From Planctomycetota bacterium (GTDB taxonomy: Bacteria; Planctomycetota; UBA8108; SXIK01), in assembly GCA_965223265.1 (NCBI GenBank), contig OZ244999.1, forward strand, positions 8,544,001 through 8,608,000: a DNA stretch of 64,000 bases, given 5' to 3'. Position 1 is the first letter of the stretch; every line of letters begins with the position of its first letter. Positions 47,740 through 57,018 of this stretch are shown here, piece by piece. The notes beneath the pieces were generated by a model. That model was not told the origin of the DNA. It saw only the letters and a list, made by a program, of their open reading frames with translations, and did no database searches. The position numbers and the translations under genes are program-made.

Positions 47740-48061
47740 GAGCTTCTCTGTGTCGCTGTCCGACGCACCGGAAGGAGTCGTCTGCACCGTCATTGGTAGA
47801 GTCGACTTCGAATCATCGCCAGAGCTCCTCAAGGCGTTGGAGGTCGCGACGCGGAGAAAAATGGATGTAAAGCTCAACTTGAGCAAAGTCGACTATGTCG
47901 ATTCCTCCGGCATCGCCGTGCTGATTCAAGGCGTCAGAATGGCACGGCGGAGCTCGGTAGGGTTCTCACTCCGCGGCGTCCAGCGAACGGTCATGTCGGT
48001 GATCGAGCTGAGCCAACTGCAGCAATTCTTCGACATCGAGCGCGCAGAGGCCGACCAATGA
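47732..48061 (+). CDS. STAS-domain anti-sigma antagonist (RsbV/MlaB-like)
   Basis: V.YVDSSGIAVL phosphoacceptor motif. Confidence 0.9.
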   Translation: MSKSFSVSLSDAPEGVVCTVIGRVDFESSPELLKALEVATRRKMDVKLNLSKVDYVDSSGIAVLIQGVRMARRSSVGFSLRGVQRTVMSVIELSQLQQFFDIERAEADQ

Positions 48062-48906
48062 ACCGCTCGGCCGCGGTGGGAGGGTGGCTGGGCCACCTCT
48101 TCGGCAGCATCGGACGCCTCGCCCATGAGCTTGGCCGCGGTATTGTTGAGTGCTTGGTTCACATCGACGGAGTCGCTCGGCTCCTCATGCGAACGCTCTA
48201 CTTCGCTTTCGTCGCACCGTTTTTTGGGCGGGTCAAGTTGGCGAAGCAGCTATTTCCCATGTTGAGTAACGTCGGCGTACGTTCGTTTCCTATCGTCGCG
48301 CTCATATCGTTTCTCATGGGGGCGATTCTAATTCTGCAGTCCGGGGAGCCACTGCGACGCTTTGGCCAGATCCACGAAGTTCCGGGCGCTGTGGCATGGT
48401 CGTTGACTCGAGAGATTTCGCCGCTGCTGACCGCGATCATCATGACGGCTCGAGTTGGAGCGTCGTTCACCGCGGTGCTGGCTTCCATGAAGATTAACGA
48501 GGAGATCGTTGCCCTCGAAACCATGGCGATCAGCCCGATCGGATATCTCGTGGCGCCGAGGCTGCTGAGCATGGCCGTCATGCTTCCTTGTTTGACGGTC
48601 TTCTCGTACCTCATTGGCATGGTGGGCGGTGCTCTGGTTGCGCACACTGTCTATGACATCTCTTACGCCATGTACGTACACAAGACCGTGCAATACCTCG
48701 CCATGAAGGACATCTACTCTGGAGTCGTGAAGGCAGGAGTCTTCGGTGTGCTCATCACGCAGATTTGCTGCTATTTCGGACTGAGAACAGAGGGTGGTTC
48801 GGTCGGACTTGGCCGCAATGTTATGGTTGCAGTCGTCACGACGCTTGTCGCTATTATCGTCGCCGACGCTCTCTCGACGGCGATCATCAATAACTACGTT
48901 CTGTAG
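48058..48906 (+). CDS. mlaE: MlaE-family ABC permease
   Basis: REISPLLTA...ARVG, MKINEEI.ALE.M, LVAPR. Confidence 0.92.
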   Translation: MNRSAAVGGWLGHLFGSIGRLAHELGRGIVECLVHIDGVARLLMRTLYFAFVAPFFGRVKLAKQLFPMLSNVGVRSFPIVALISFLMGAILILQSGEPLRRFGQIHEVPGAVAWSLTREISPLLTAIIMTARVGASFTAVLASMKINEEIVALETMAISPIGYLVAPRLLSMAVMLPCLTVFSYLIGMVGGALVAHTVYDISYAMYVHKTVQYLAMKDIYSGVVKAGVFGVLITQICCYFGLRTEGGSVGLGRNVMVAVVTTLVAIIVADALSTAIINNYVL

Positions 48907-48923
48907 ACGACGTGTAGACACGC

Positions 48924-49709
48924 ATGGCGATTCAGGTCGATCAAATCACGAAACGGTTCGGGGCGGTGGAAGTCCTCAAGGGGATTTCATTCACGGTGCC
49001 GGACGGTAACACTCTCTGTATTCTGGGAGGCTCGGGGTGCGGCAAGTCAACACTGCTGAAGATCATGTTCGGTGCGATCAAGCCTACTTCCGGTAGGGTG
49101 GTGATCGACGGTGAGGACATTTCTTCCATGCGGCCGAAACAGCTTGACCAAGCACGTCGGCGATTCGGGGTCATGTTTCAGAGTGGTGCACTCTTCAATT
49201 CCTTGACCGTGGCTGAGAATGTCGCATTGCCGCTTGAGTATCACACGAAGCTCGATGCTGAAACGATTTCAACAGTTGTGAAGATCAAATTGCAGCAGGT
49301 GGCGATGCTTCATGCGAGCGATCGCAAGCCCGCCCAGATCTCAGGAGGCATGCAGAAACGGGCAGCTGTGGCCCGCGCGCTGGCACTGGACCCCGGGACT
49401 CTCTTTTACGATGAGCCGTCGGCGGGTCTCGATCCGATCGCAACCGCGCGGATCGATCAGCTGATCAATATGCTGAAGACGAGCATGGGAATGACCAACA
49501 TCGTTGTGACGCATGTTATGGAGAGCGTGAAACGCATCGCGGATCGAGTCGTCATGCTGCACCGCGGCGAAGTGCTCCTGGACGGGAGCCTCGAGAACCT
49601 TCTCGAGAGCGAGGATCCTTTCGTCACTCAGTTTGTGAGCGGCGACCTCGAAGGCCTGTCAGAGGAGTCGTCGAATCTCAAGGGCTACTATAAAGACTTA
49701 CTCGTGTAG
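48924..49709 (+). CDS. mlaF: MlaF-family ABC ATPase
   Basis: GGSGCGKS, FQSGALF, ISGGMQKR, YDEPSAGLDP. Confidence 0.92.
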   Translation: MAIQVDQITKRFGAVEVLKGISFTVPDGNTLCILGGSGCGKSTLLKIMFGAIKPTSGRVVIDGEDISSMRPKQLDQARRRFGVMFQSGALFNSLTVAENVALPLEYHTKLDAETISTVVKIKLQQVAMLHASDRKPAQISGGMQKRAAVARALALDPGTLFYDEPSAGLDPIATARIDQLINMLKTSMGMTNIVVTHVMESVKRIADRVVMLHRGEVLLDGSLENLLESEDPFVTQFVSGDLEGLSEESSNLKGYYKDLLV

Positions 49710-49780
49710 TTGAGGCGATTTCGAGGCTGCGGCTAGCTGGCCGCGTTCGGAAATCCAGCGGTAAAGACCGGGAAAAATCG

Positions 49781-50935
49781 ATGTCAGAGTATCGACGAAA
49801 CGAGATCGTCTCCGGAGTCTTCATCTGTTTGGCTCTTCTCGTTCTCGGGCTTTTCGCGTTTCGAGTCGGCCGCTTCGACCTTTGGGGTTTTCTCAAAGGC
49901 GATGTTATTCGCTGCGAGTCGTTCTTTCTCAACGTCAAGTCGCTTGAGTCAGGCGCCGTTGTCAAAGTGGGAGGGCAGACCGTCGGCAAGGTCACTGCGG
50001 TCGTCATGGAAGAGCGCCAACTGGAGGAAGAGCAAGCTAGTCTCCTGCGCCGTTCCGCAACGATCTCCAGGGCGCAGGCGATTCGAGCCGGCATGATGAG
50101 ACAGCTGATGAAGGTCGAATACGAACTTTTCGAGTCAACCCTGAAGATTGACCAAGCGTCGGCTACCGTCAGTCTTGCCGCCGACAGCTTGCTAGCGCCG
50201 TTCTATCTCGAGCTTGACCCGGGAAACTGGGACGCGGGCAATACGAAGATCAAGACTCTCTTCGCGGCCTCTCATCCGGACCCGCTCGAGATCGCATCGA
50301 TGGAGGAGTCAGGTCTCGACGAGCTGGTTGCGCTTGCCAAGCCGATACTCGAAGACGTCGGCGAGGCGGTCGATCGGCTCAACAAGAGGCTGTTCAGTGG
50401 CGAGAATCTTGAGAGGATGGGGTCGCTACTCGCGACAGCTGAGTCAGTTTTTACAGAGCTTCGGGAGGTCGTCGCGCGCCTTGATGATCACGTGCTGAGC
50501 GAAGACAACACAGCCCGGCTGACGGCTGCGATTCAGGAGCTCGAAAAGACTGCACAGGGCAGCAGCGAGTTGATTGCAGCCTTGAATCGTTTACTCGATC
50601 GGGAGAAGGATCCACGCCTGCACCAGATTGTCGACGACGTCTCACAGGCGACGCAGGGTCTTGACGGCCGGTTGCGTGGCTTACAGATCGAAATGCAGGA
50701 GCTGGTGAGCGACCTGCGGGCCGTGGTCGGCGAAAACCGCGGTTCCATTGCCGAATCGACGTCGCGGCTCAAACGCGCCCTTTGGCATGCGGAGTTGGCG
50801 CTCCGAAAGATCCGCGCCAATCCTGCCGTTCTTCTCTTCGGTGCCGAGGAGGACGCATTCGAGGCAGAGGTCGTCGATGAAACGCGTTTACGAGCGGGCG
50901 CACGTGCCCGCCCGTACGGACAGCGTGAGGAATAG
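49781..50935 (+). CDS. mlaD: MCE/MlaD protein with a long helical C-terminus
   Basis: N-terminal TM; L..GA.V..GG..VGKV; ends I..NP..LLFG. Confidence 0.85.
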   Translation: MSEYRRNEIVSGVFICLALLVLGLFAFRVGRFDLWGFLKGDVIRCESFFLNVKSLESGAVVKVGGQTVGKVTAVVMEERQLEEEQASLLRRSATISRAQAIRAGMMRQLMKVEYELFESTLKIDQASATVSLAADSLLAPFYLELDPGNWDAGNTKIKTLFAASHPDPLEIASMEESGLDELVALAKPILEDVGEAVDRLNKRLFSGENLERMGSLLATAESVFTELREVVARLDDHVLSEDNTARLTAAIQELEKTAQGSSELIAALNRLLDREKDPRLHQIVDDVSQATQGLDGRLRGLQIEMQELVSDLRAVVGENRGSIAESTSRLKRALWHAELALRKIRANPAVLLFGAEEDAFEAEVVDETRLRAGARARPYGQREE

Positions 50936-50938
50936 AGA

Positions 50939-51982
50939 ATGCGGCTCGAGCGGAGGACTCCATCTTGCAGCACCACGAGCGTCTTTGGTACGGCGCTTCG
51001 TCGCAACTGTGCCGTAGCTCTTGTCATCTTCACAGGGTGTGGTTTTGGCGGCAAGGGCGTGACACCCATTCGTTCGTCATACAACAAAGGTGTCTACTTC
51101 TCGAGCACTGGACAGTGGGATGCAGCGATCGCCGCGTACCGCTCCGCGGTTGAAGAGGACGAGTACGATTTTCGCGCCCGTTTTAATTTGGCGGCGGCAC
51201 TCGATGCGAAGGCATTTGAGCTCGAGGAGGCGGAGGGCACCGCCACCGCGGCCGATCTTCGCCAAGCCGCCTCCGCTGAGTACCGACGCCTTCTCGAGCA
51301 GCGACCTGATTCTGTGCGGGCGGCGGTGAATCTCGCCGCGTGTACGTATGACCTTGGCGAGGAATCCACTGCACTGGAGAACTTGAGACAGCTGGCAGTG
51401 AAGTTCTCGGATTCCCATTTGCCGCATCAGGCGCTTGCGGCCCGAATGCTGGGGCGGTTTCAAAAGGGCGACATCGATGCGCTGCGCGATGGGCTGGAGC
51501 ACGCAGAGCGCGCGGTAGATCTCAATCCAGGGAGCGTCGCGACACAGATGATGCTCGGCGATCTCCTGGTGGCCCAGGTCCTTAGACAGCGCCAAGGCTC
51601 TCAGGATCGCACGGCCAGCGCCGAAGACCTCGAGCGAGCGAAGGAGGTCTACTCGAGCGCGCTGGAAATCGCTCCGGAGGACATCGCCGCGTTGCTCGCT
51701 CGTGCGCGACTGGCTCAACTCGAGGGCGCGCCGAGTGATGCTCTCTTCTATTTTGGTCGCGTGCTGAGCGTCGATCCTGATCATTTGGGAGCGCTCCTCG
51801 GGGCGAGCGAGGCGCACCGCAGTGAGGGAGACCTCGAGGGCGCGACGACGGCGCTATGGCGCGCGCGTCGCATCGATCGAGGTCGCACACCGCGCGTCGC
51901 TCAGGCAGAGTATCGCCGGCGGTTGCGGGAGCTTTACGAGCTGCTCCTGAGCGAAGAGGTTTCGGCCGAGGCGAATGAGTAG
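50939..51982 (+). CDS. TPR-repeat lipoprotein
   Basis: Lipobox FTGC; multiple TPR helices. Confidence 0.8.
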   Translation: MRLERRTPSCSTTSVFGTALRRNCAVALVIFTGCGFGGKGVTPIRSSYNKGVYFSSTGQWDAAIAAYRSAVEEDEYDFRARFNLAAALDAKAFELEEAEGTATAADLRQAASAEYRRLLEQRPDSVRAAVNLAACTYDLGEESTALENLRQLAVKFSDSHLPHQALAARMLGRFQKGDIDALRDGLEHAERAVDLNPGSVATQMMLGDLLVAQVLRQRQGSQDRTASAEDLERAKEVYSSALEIAPEDIAALLARARLAQLEGAPSDALFYFGRVLSVDPDHLGALLGASEAHRSEGDLEGATTALWRARRIDRGRTPRVAQAEYRRRLRELYELLLSEEVSAEANE

Positions 51983-52056
51983 CGGTTGGGAATTCGCCAT
52001 CCGTGAGGCAGCCACCGAGCTTGTGACCGCAAAACCGCGATCGGAGGCGAGGCTCT

Positions 52057-53142
52057 TTACCGCGGGTCGAAATCCAGAACGCCGAAGAGCTCCGTGCGCA
52101 CGGCGGCATCCGCGGGGCGCTGCTCGAGCAGGTCGAGGCTGGCGCGCAGATGACCAGGCTGCTGCTCGTTGCCGGGGACGAAGAGTAGTTTGACCGGGTC
52201 GTAGCGGACTTCTCCGAATGGGCCAAGCGTGTCCCACAGCTGCGCGCCGGAGATGATCGTCTCGTCTACCTTGCGGCCGAAGAAGCCTCGACGCGCCCGC
52301 GGGCGTCTGTGAAGGACGAGATCCGTTTGCGGCAGCATGGTGGCCTGGGTGGAGTTCCAAACGCAGAGTGTTTGAATCTTGCCATCGACGCGTGCTGGTT
52401 GAATCAGCGGCACCTCAACAACTCCTGGCTCATAGAAAGCGAGCACCATCCGCCGGGTGCAACCGAACTTGTAGAGATACTCGCATTTCTCTTTCGGCCA
52501 GATCTGGATCGCACCTTCGTTCGGCAGCGCAGCGTAAAGAACCCGGTGTCTGTCACGCCAACGCTCGAAGGCGTCGTCTCGGTCGACTGGCTGTGGCTCT
52601 TCATCCTCATCGCCCGCTTCGTTGTCGTTATCGTGAAGCATCACGACGTCCAATCCTGCCGCGCTCTTGAGCTCGTCGATGAAGCGCCAGGCCTCGGTAA
52701 GAAAGAACCTCGGACAGAAGATGGGAATGTGGATGGCGACTGGCGGTGCGTCGACGAAGACGTCCTCATCGTCGTCGGATTCGAATAACTCGTCGTCATC
52801 GCGCGCGGCGTGGATCGTGTCGTCGAGAACGTCGACGTGCCGAGGTACAGCCGAATGCCGCAGGTGGTCTTCGATGTCCCCGGGGCCTTGTAAAAGGCCG
52901 GTCGACAGCACGACCGAAAAACGAACACACGTGCCTTCATCGTAGTACACAAAGTGCCCATCGTCCGAGGTTGGGAGCAGATGGGGATAGCCGAGCACTT
53001 TTTCGACGACGAGCTCGGGGTTGACTGTGTGGTCGGAGAGCGGCACCAGGAAAAGATCGAACGTTGGTCTGGCCACAGCGAGGACGTTGCTCTTGCGATG
53101 GAGATGAAGCGGTCTTTCGGCGGAGGAAGGACGATACCACAA
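52057..53142 (-). CDS. Hypothetical protein (acidic)
   Basis: Long ORF with protein-like composition; no motif recognised; start uncertain. Confidence 0.6.
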   Translation of the reverse strand: MWYRPSSAERPLHLHRKSNVLAVARPTFDLFLVPLSDHTVNPELVVEKVLGYPHLLPTSDDGHFVYYDEGTCVRFSVVLSTGLLQGPGDIEDHLRHSAVPRHVDVLDDTIHAARDDDELFESDDDEDVFVDAPPVAIHIPIFCPRFFLTEAWRFIDELKSAAGLDVVMLHDNDNEAGDEDEEPQPVDRDDAFERWRDRHRVLYAALPNEGAIQIWPKEKCEYLYKFGCTRRMVLAFYEPGVVEVPLIQPARVDGKIQTLCVWNSTQATMLPQTDLVLHRRPRARRGFFGRKVDETIISGAQLWDTLGPFGEVRYDPVKLLFVPGNEQQPGHLRASLDLLEQRPADAAVRTELFGVLDFDPR

Positions 53143-53145
53143 ACG

Positions 53146-53292
53146 AGGTAGAAACTGGAGGGGATCGGACTCGGATGCCGGGTAGAGAGGGAGCCAGAGT
53201 CAGAATCACAGACGGATACAGATACAGATGCAACAACAGAGACGGATTCGGATATCGGAAACAGAGCCAGATACAGATTGCGGCAGTCGGAT
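53146..53292. repeat. Degenerate purine-rich hexamer tract (consensus NNCRGA)
   Basis: GCCAGA GTCAGA ... GACGGA TACAGA TACAGA ... GACGGA TTCGGA. Confidence 0.75.
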
Positions 53293-53362
53293 CCCGAGTA
53301 CGGGTGGCCCGTGCAGGCGGCCCACCGAGGCGGGCTAAAGACTGATGAGAAGCGCCGTGACC

Positions 53363-53390
53363 AGCGCCCGCTACGAAAGTAGCGGGCGCT
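53363..53390. terminator. Perfect 12-bp hairpin AGCGCCCGCTAC-GAAA-GTAGCGGGCGCT
   Basis: Lies 12 nt past the four-helix-bundle stop codon. There is no U-tract, so terminator function is uncertain. Confidence 0.45.
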
Positions 53391-53402
53391 TGGGCGTCTC
53401 GC

Positions 53403-53726
53403 TCAGCGCGTGAGTCCGCTGAGAAGGGCTAGGAGTCGATCGAGGGTCTGGAGAGGCACTGAGACGTCTTCGGTCTTGAGATCGCCCCGGGCCACCGAGA
53501 GCTGCAGGGCAGTCTCGACCTCCCGGGCACTGCCGCGCGCAACGCGATAGAGGTGCAGCCGATCCTTTCCAGCGCGCTCGGCACCCTCCGAGAGATTGAG
53601 CGCGACGGAAGAGGCAGCCCGACGAATCTGCCGATGGAGATCGGGATCAAGCCGACGCAGCCGCAGCAATGGAGCCCGCAAGTCGCGAATCAAACCGAGA
53701 CTGACATCGAGAGCGATGAAGCGCAT
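53403..53726 (-). CDS. Four-helix-bundle protein (23S-IVS/Avd-like family)
   Basis: QIRRAASSVALNLSEG...ARGSA.EV..AL signature; GGAGG RBS before ATG 53726. Confidence 0.9.
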   Translation of the reverse strand: MRFIALDVSLGLIRDLRAPLLRLRRLDPDLHRQIRRAASSVALNLSEGAERAGKDRLHLYRVARGSAREVETALQLSVARGDLKTEDVSVPLQTLDRLLALLSGLTR

Positions 53727-53880
53727 GGGAGACCTCCGCAGAACGTAGAGTGAACAGCTCCGCCGCATCCGGGCGGCGGTACTCCACCCCCCAACGCGGA
53801 GCGGAGTGGGTGTCAAGGGCGCGCAGCGCCGAGCGCAGCGAGGGGACTCTTGACCACGGGTAGCCCACACTGATGTTGGT

Positions 53881-54330
53881 TTGACGACCGTAACGGTCTT
53901 CTATCCCTACCACCCCCTTGCGGGACGCTCTCTGCCGGTCGTTCGGCGGACCTCGAGAGAACCGCCCTGCTACTTGGTTCAAATCGAGAAGCGCCAGCTC
54001 TTGGTGCCGTGCTGGATGACCGAGGAGAGCGCTATGTGGGTGGAGCTGTGTAGATCGCCCCACATCGACGTGGAGGAGCTCCTCGTCATTGCGGCGATCG
54101 TAGAGTCTCGACTCCAAGAAGCACCATCGTCCATCCTTGACTCAGAACCAACTCGAACCAAGGAGGAGGACGATGGTGTGGACGCAGCTTACTCTACCGT
54201 TCTTGCCGCCGGAAGATCAAAGCGTGCTCGCAGTGCTGAGCGCGAAGGAGCGGGAGGAAATCGCTCGGGCAGTGGCGATTCTCCTGCAGGCGATCATCGA
54301 GAACCACGGTGTGGAGGGCGAGAACGATGA
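53881..54330 (+). CDS. Recombinase-associated small protein (DUF5372-like), lacking an RBS in the integrated state
   Basis: V.YPYHPL.G...VP.WMT motif, as seen upstream of such recombinases. Confidence 0.55.
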   Translation: MTTVTVFYPYHPLAGRSLPVVRRTSREPPCYLVQIEKRQLLVPCWMTEESAMWVELCRSPHIDVEELLVIAAIVESRLQEAPSSILDSEPTRTKEEDDGVDAAYSTVLAAGRSKRARSAEREGAGGNRSGSGDSPAGDHREPRCGGRER

Positions 54331-54340
54331 GGATCGATAG
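54173..54340 (+). CDS. Small helical accessory protein (55 aa)
   Basis: AGGAGGAGG RBS; overlaps the recombinase start. Confidence 0.6.
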   Translation: MVWTQLTLPFLPPEDQSVLAVLSAKEREEIARAVAILLQAIIENHGVEGENDEDR

Positions 54341-56417
54341 CAATCATCCAGGTGGCGTCACTACCGAGCACCTCAGGCGCGCGGCAGTAGTATACATTCG
54401 TCAATCGTCGCCAACACAGGTGAAGAACAACGAAGAGAGCACGCGCCTGCAACGCGAACTGAGGCACAAGGCGGTCGATCTTGGCTGGCGCGAGCCGATT
54501 CTCATCGAGGACGATCTCGGCGAGTCGGCTTCTGGATTCGTCGATCGCCCCGGCTTCGAGAAACTGAAGAGCTGGGTCATTGCCGGGGAAGTCGGGATTA
54601 TCTTCTGTCTCGAGATTTCCCGACTGTCGAGGAATTCGGTGGACTGGGCGCGACTGATGGAGCTTTGTCAGCACTTCAATACGCTGATCGCGGACACCGA
54701 GCAGGTCTACGATCTGTCGCTCTCTAACGACAGACTGTTGATCGGCATCCGTGGCTCGATCTCAGAAGCCGAGCTTGCGACGATTCGCTTGCGATTGCGC
54801 CTAGGTCAGCAGGCGAAAGCGAAGCGAGGTGAGCTGTGGATTCAGTTACCGATCGGCTACGTCTACGACGACACTGAGATTGTCTTCGATCCCGACGAGA
54901 GAATCCGTACCGCGATCCGCCGTGTCTTTCAGGACTTCCGTGGCTCCAGTAGTGCCCGACAGCTCGCATTGCATTACCGAGACGCGGGGATCGAGTTTCC
55001 GAGTCGGGGCTTGGGCAACAAGACGGTCAGGTGGGCGGTGCCGTCGGCCAAGTCGCTACACAACCTCCTGGTCAATCCGACCTATGCTGGAGCCTACGCT
55101 TGGGGTCGTTCAAGGACGACAAGCAAGATCGCCGATGGGAGGCTGGTCAAACAGCGTGAACGTCGGCAAGATCCTGGTGAAGCTCGGGTGATGATCCGTG
55201 ACCATCACCCAGCCTACATCGATTGGTCAGAGTACGAAGCGAACTTGAAGAAGCTATCGCAGAATCGACCGCGAAGAGGGCTCGACGGCAACCGAGGAGC
55301 CGCGCGGGAAGGCCAGGCTCTCCTGGCGGGGATGTTGCGTTGTGGTCACTGTGGCGATCAGCTGAAGGTCCGGTACCGATACGAGAAGGCCTTCTATTAC
55401 TGCGACGGCACACGAAAGGGGAACTCACGCATTTGTCTCTCTGTTGGGGCATGTCGCGTTGACCCGATCGTCGCGCAGCAGTTGTGTCGAGCGCTTGACT
55501 CCTCGGGGATCGAGGCTGCGACCAGGGCGTTCGAGCAGATCGAGAAGAGCCGAGCCGACGAGTTGAACTACGCGAAGCAGCAGGTCGAGGCTGCGCAGTA
55601 CGCCGCCAGTCATGCATTCGAACAGTTCGACGCGTGCGATCCGAGGAATCGCCTTGTTGCGGACAACCTCGAGAAACGTCTCAACGACAAGCTTCAGCGG
55701 CTTGCCGAGGCAAAGGAGACACTCCACAAGCAGCAGTCGTCGAGATTGACGTTGACTGTCGCAGAGCGAAAACGTCTCGAGACTCTCGCACGGAACTTCC
55801 AGTTGGTCTGGCGATCGACGATTGATGTCAGGCTGAAGAAGACTCTGCTGCGAGCAGCGATTCACGAGATCATGATCAAGGAGAGCGGCGAGCTCGTTGG
55901 ATCCAATCGGCAAAGTCGCCGCCTGGAATTGACGATTCACTGGAAGGGCGGCGTACACTCTACCTCCGAGCTGTTGCGATTCCCCTCTCCGAAGGCATCA
56001 AGGGAAGTTTCGGTGCTCGAGCTGATCAAGCGGCTCAGCGCCGCGGCGCATAGTGACAGCGAGATTGCCTTAGTGCTTAACAGACGAAGGCTCACGACCA
56101 CACGGTGGACCAAAGACAAGGTGACCGAATTTCGCAAACACAACGGTATCAATTCAGCGCAGTCCTCCGATGATGCGTTGTCGATGAACGGCGCCAGCAA
56201 GTACCTAGGAGTTTCCTCGATAGCATTACGTACGCTTGTCGAACGAGGATTGATCAGGAAAAACCAAGTCGCCGAGTTCGCCCCCTGGCGCGTCTCTCGC
56301 CACGAGCTGGACTCCCCAGGAGTCCGGAGCCTCGTGGCGACGCTCAAGGCGACGGGTCGATTCCCGCCTAAGGAGGGCTGCGCGAAGAACCAGATGACGC
56401 TCTTCGACGACCTATGA
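54327..56417 (+). CDS. Large serine recombinase (resolvase + recombinase + Zn ribbon + coiled coil + HTH)
   Basis: VYIRQSS catalytic Ser; EISRLSRN; NPTYAG; CGHCG...YYC. Confidence 0.95.
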   Translation: MRIDSNHPGGVTTEHLRRAAVVYIRQSSPTQVKNNEESTRLQRELRHKAVDLGWREPILIEDDLGESASGFVDRPGFEKLKSWVIAGEVGIIFCLEISRLSRNSVDWARLMELCQHFNTLIADTEQVYDLSLSNDRLLIGIRGSISEAELATIRLRLRLGQQAKAKRGELWIQLPIGYVYDDTEIVFDPDERIRTAIRRVFQDFRGSSSARQLALHYRDAGIEFPSRGLGNKTVRWAVPSAKSLHNLLVNPTYAGAYAWGRSRTTSKIADGRLVKQRERRQDPGEARVMIRDHHPAYIDWSEYEANLKKLSQNRPRRGLDGNRGAAREGQALLAGMLRCGHCGDQLKVRYRYEKAFYYCDGTRKGNSRICLSVGACRVDPIVAQQLCRALDSSGIEAATRAFEQIEKSRADELNYAKQQVEAAQYAASHAFEQFDACDPRNRLVADNLEKRLNDKLQRLAEAKETLHKQQSSRLTLTVAERKRLETLARNFQLVWRSTIDVRLKKTLLRAAIHEIMIKESGELVGSNRQSRRLELTIHWKGGVHSTSELLRFPSPKASREVSVLELIKRLSAAAHSDSEIALVLNRRRLTTTRWTKDKVTEFRKHNGINSAQSSDDALSMNGASKYLGVSSIALRTLVERGLIRKNQVAEFAPWRVSRHELDSPGVRSLVATLKATGRFPPKEGCAKNQMTLFDDL

Positions 56418-56569
56418 AGGTAAATCGACCGGGTTGTATCAAAGATTCGTCAGATTACGTCGGCTTACACCGAAAGGACTTACGACAGCGGAAGGTTGGA
56501 GGTGCATTGTGTGCTCGACTTCACACCCGCGAGCACCGCGTACGCTCGACAAGACCGCCGCCGTACGGT

Positions 56570-57018
56570 GACCCCAACCCACACGGACTCCCACAACTCC
56601 CACACGGACTCCCACACGGACTCCCACACGGACTCCCACACCCACGGGAACGGCCGACGCGCACGCCGACAAGGCCGGACGGCACACGGCGTGTGCCTGC
56701 CACGTTGAAGAGGCGCGCACCCACTCCCACACGGACTCCCACAACTCCCACACGGACTCCCACACGGACTCCCACACCCACGGGAACGGCCGACGCGCAC
56801 GCCGACAAGGCCGGACGGCACACGGCGTGTGCCTGCCACGTTGAAGAGGCGCGCACCCACTCCCACACGGACTCCCACAACTCCCACACGGACTCCCACA
56901 CGGACTCCCACACCCACGGGAACGGCCGACGCGCACGCCGACAAGGCCGGACGGCACACGGCGTGTGCCTGCCACGTTGAAGAGGCGCGCACCCACTCCC
57001 ACACGGACTCCCACACGG
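56570..57018. repeat. Three 136-bp tandem units, each with CACACGGACTCC 12-mers and a GTGG-tagged REP-like palindrome
   Basis: Identical cores start at 56641, 56777 and 56913; GGCACAC-GGC-GTGTGCC stem. Confidence 0.92.

Larger units (their letters stand above)
53863..56514 (+). mobile_element. Large-serine-recombinase element (~2.65 kb)
   Basis: Ends GC|CCACACTG and CATTGTGT|GC form an imperfect inverted repeat around a duplicated GC; carries two small ORFs plus the recombinase. Confidence 0.75.

Noticed and set aside
53342-53378. Hammerhead-like core CTGATGA...GAAA
   Set aside because: Stems I and III and the NUH site cannot be formed; the GAAA is the loop of a stronger 12-bp hairpin.
56570-57018. 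Possible CRISPR array
   Set aside because: The units are wholly identical, with no unique spacers, and there are no cas genes.
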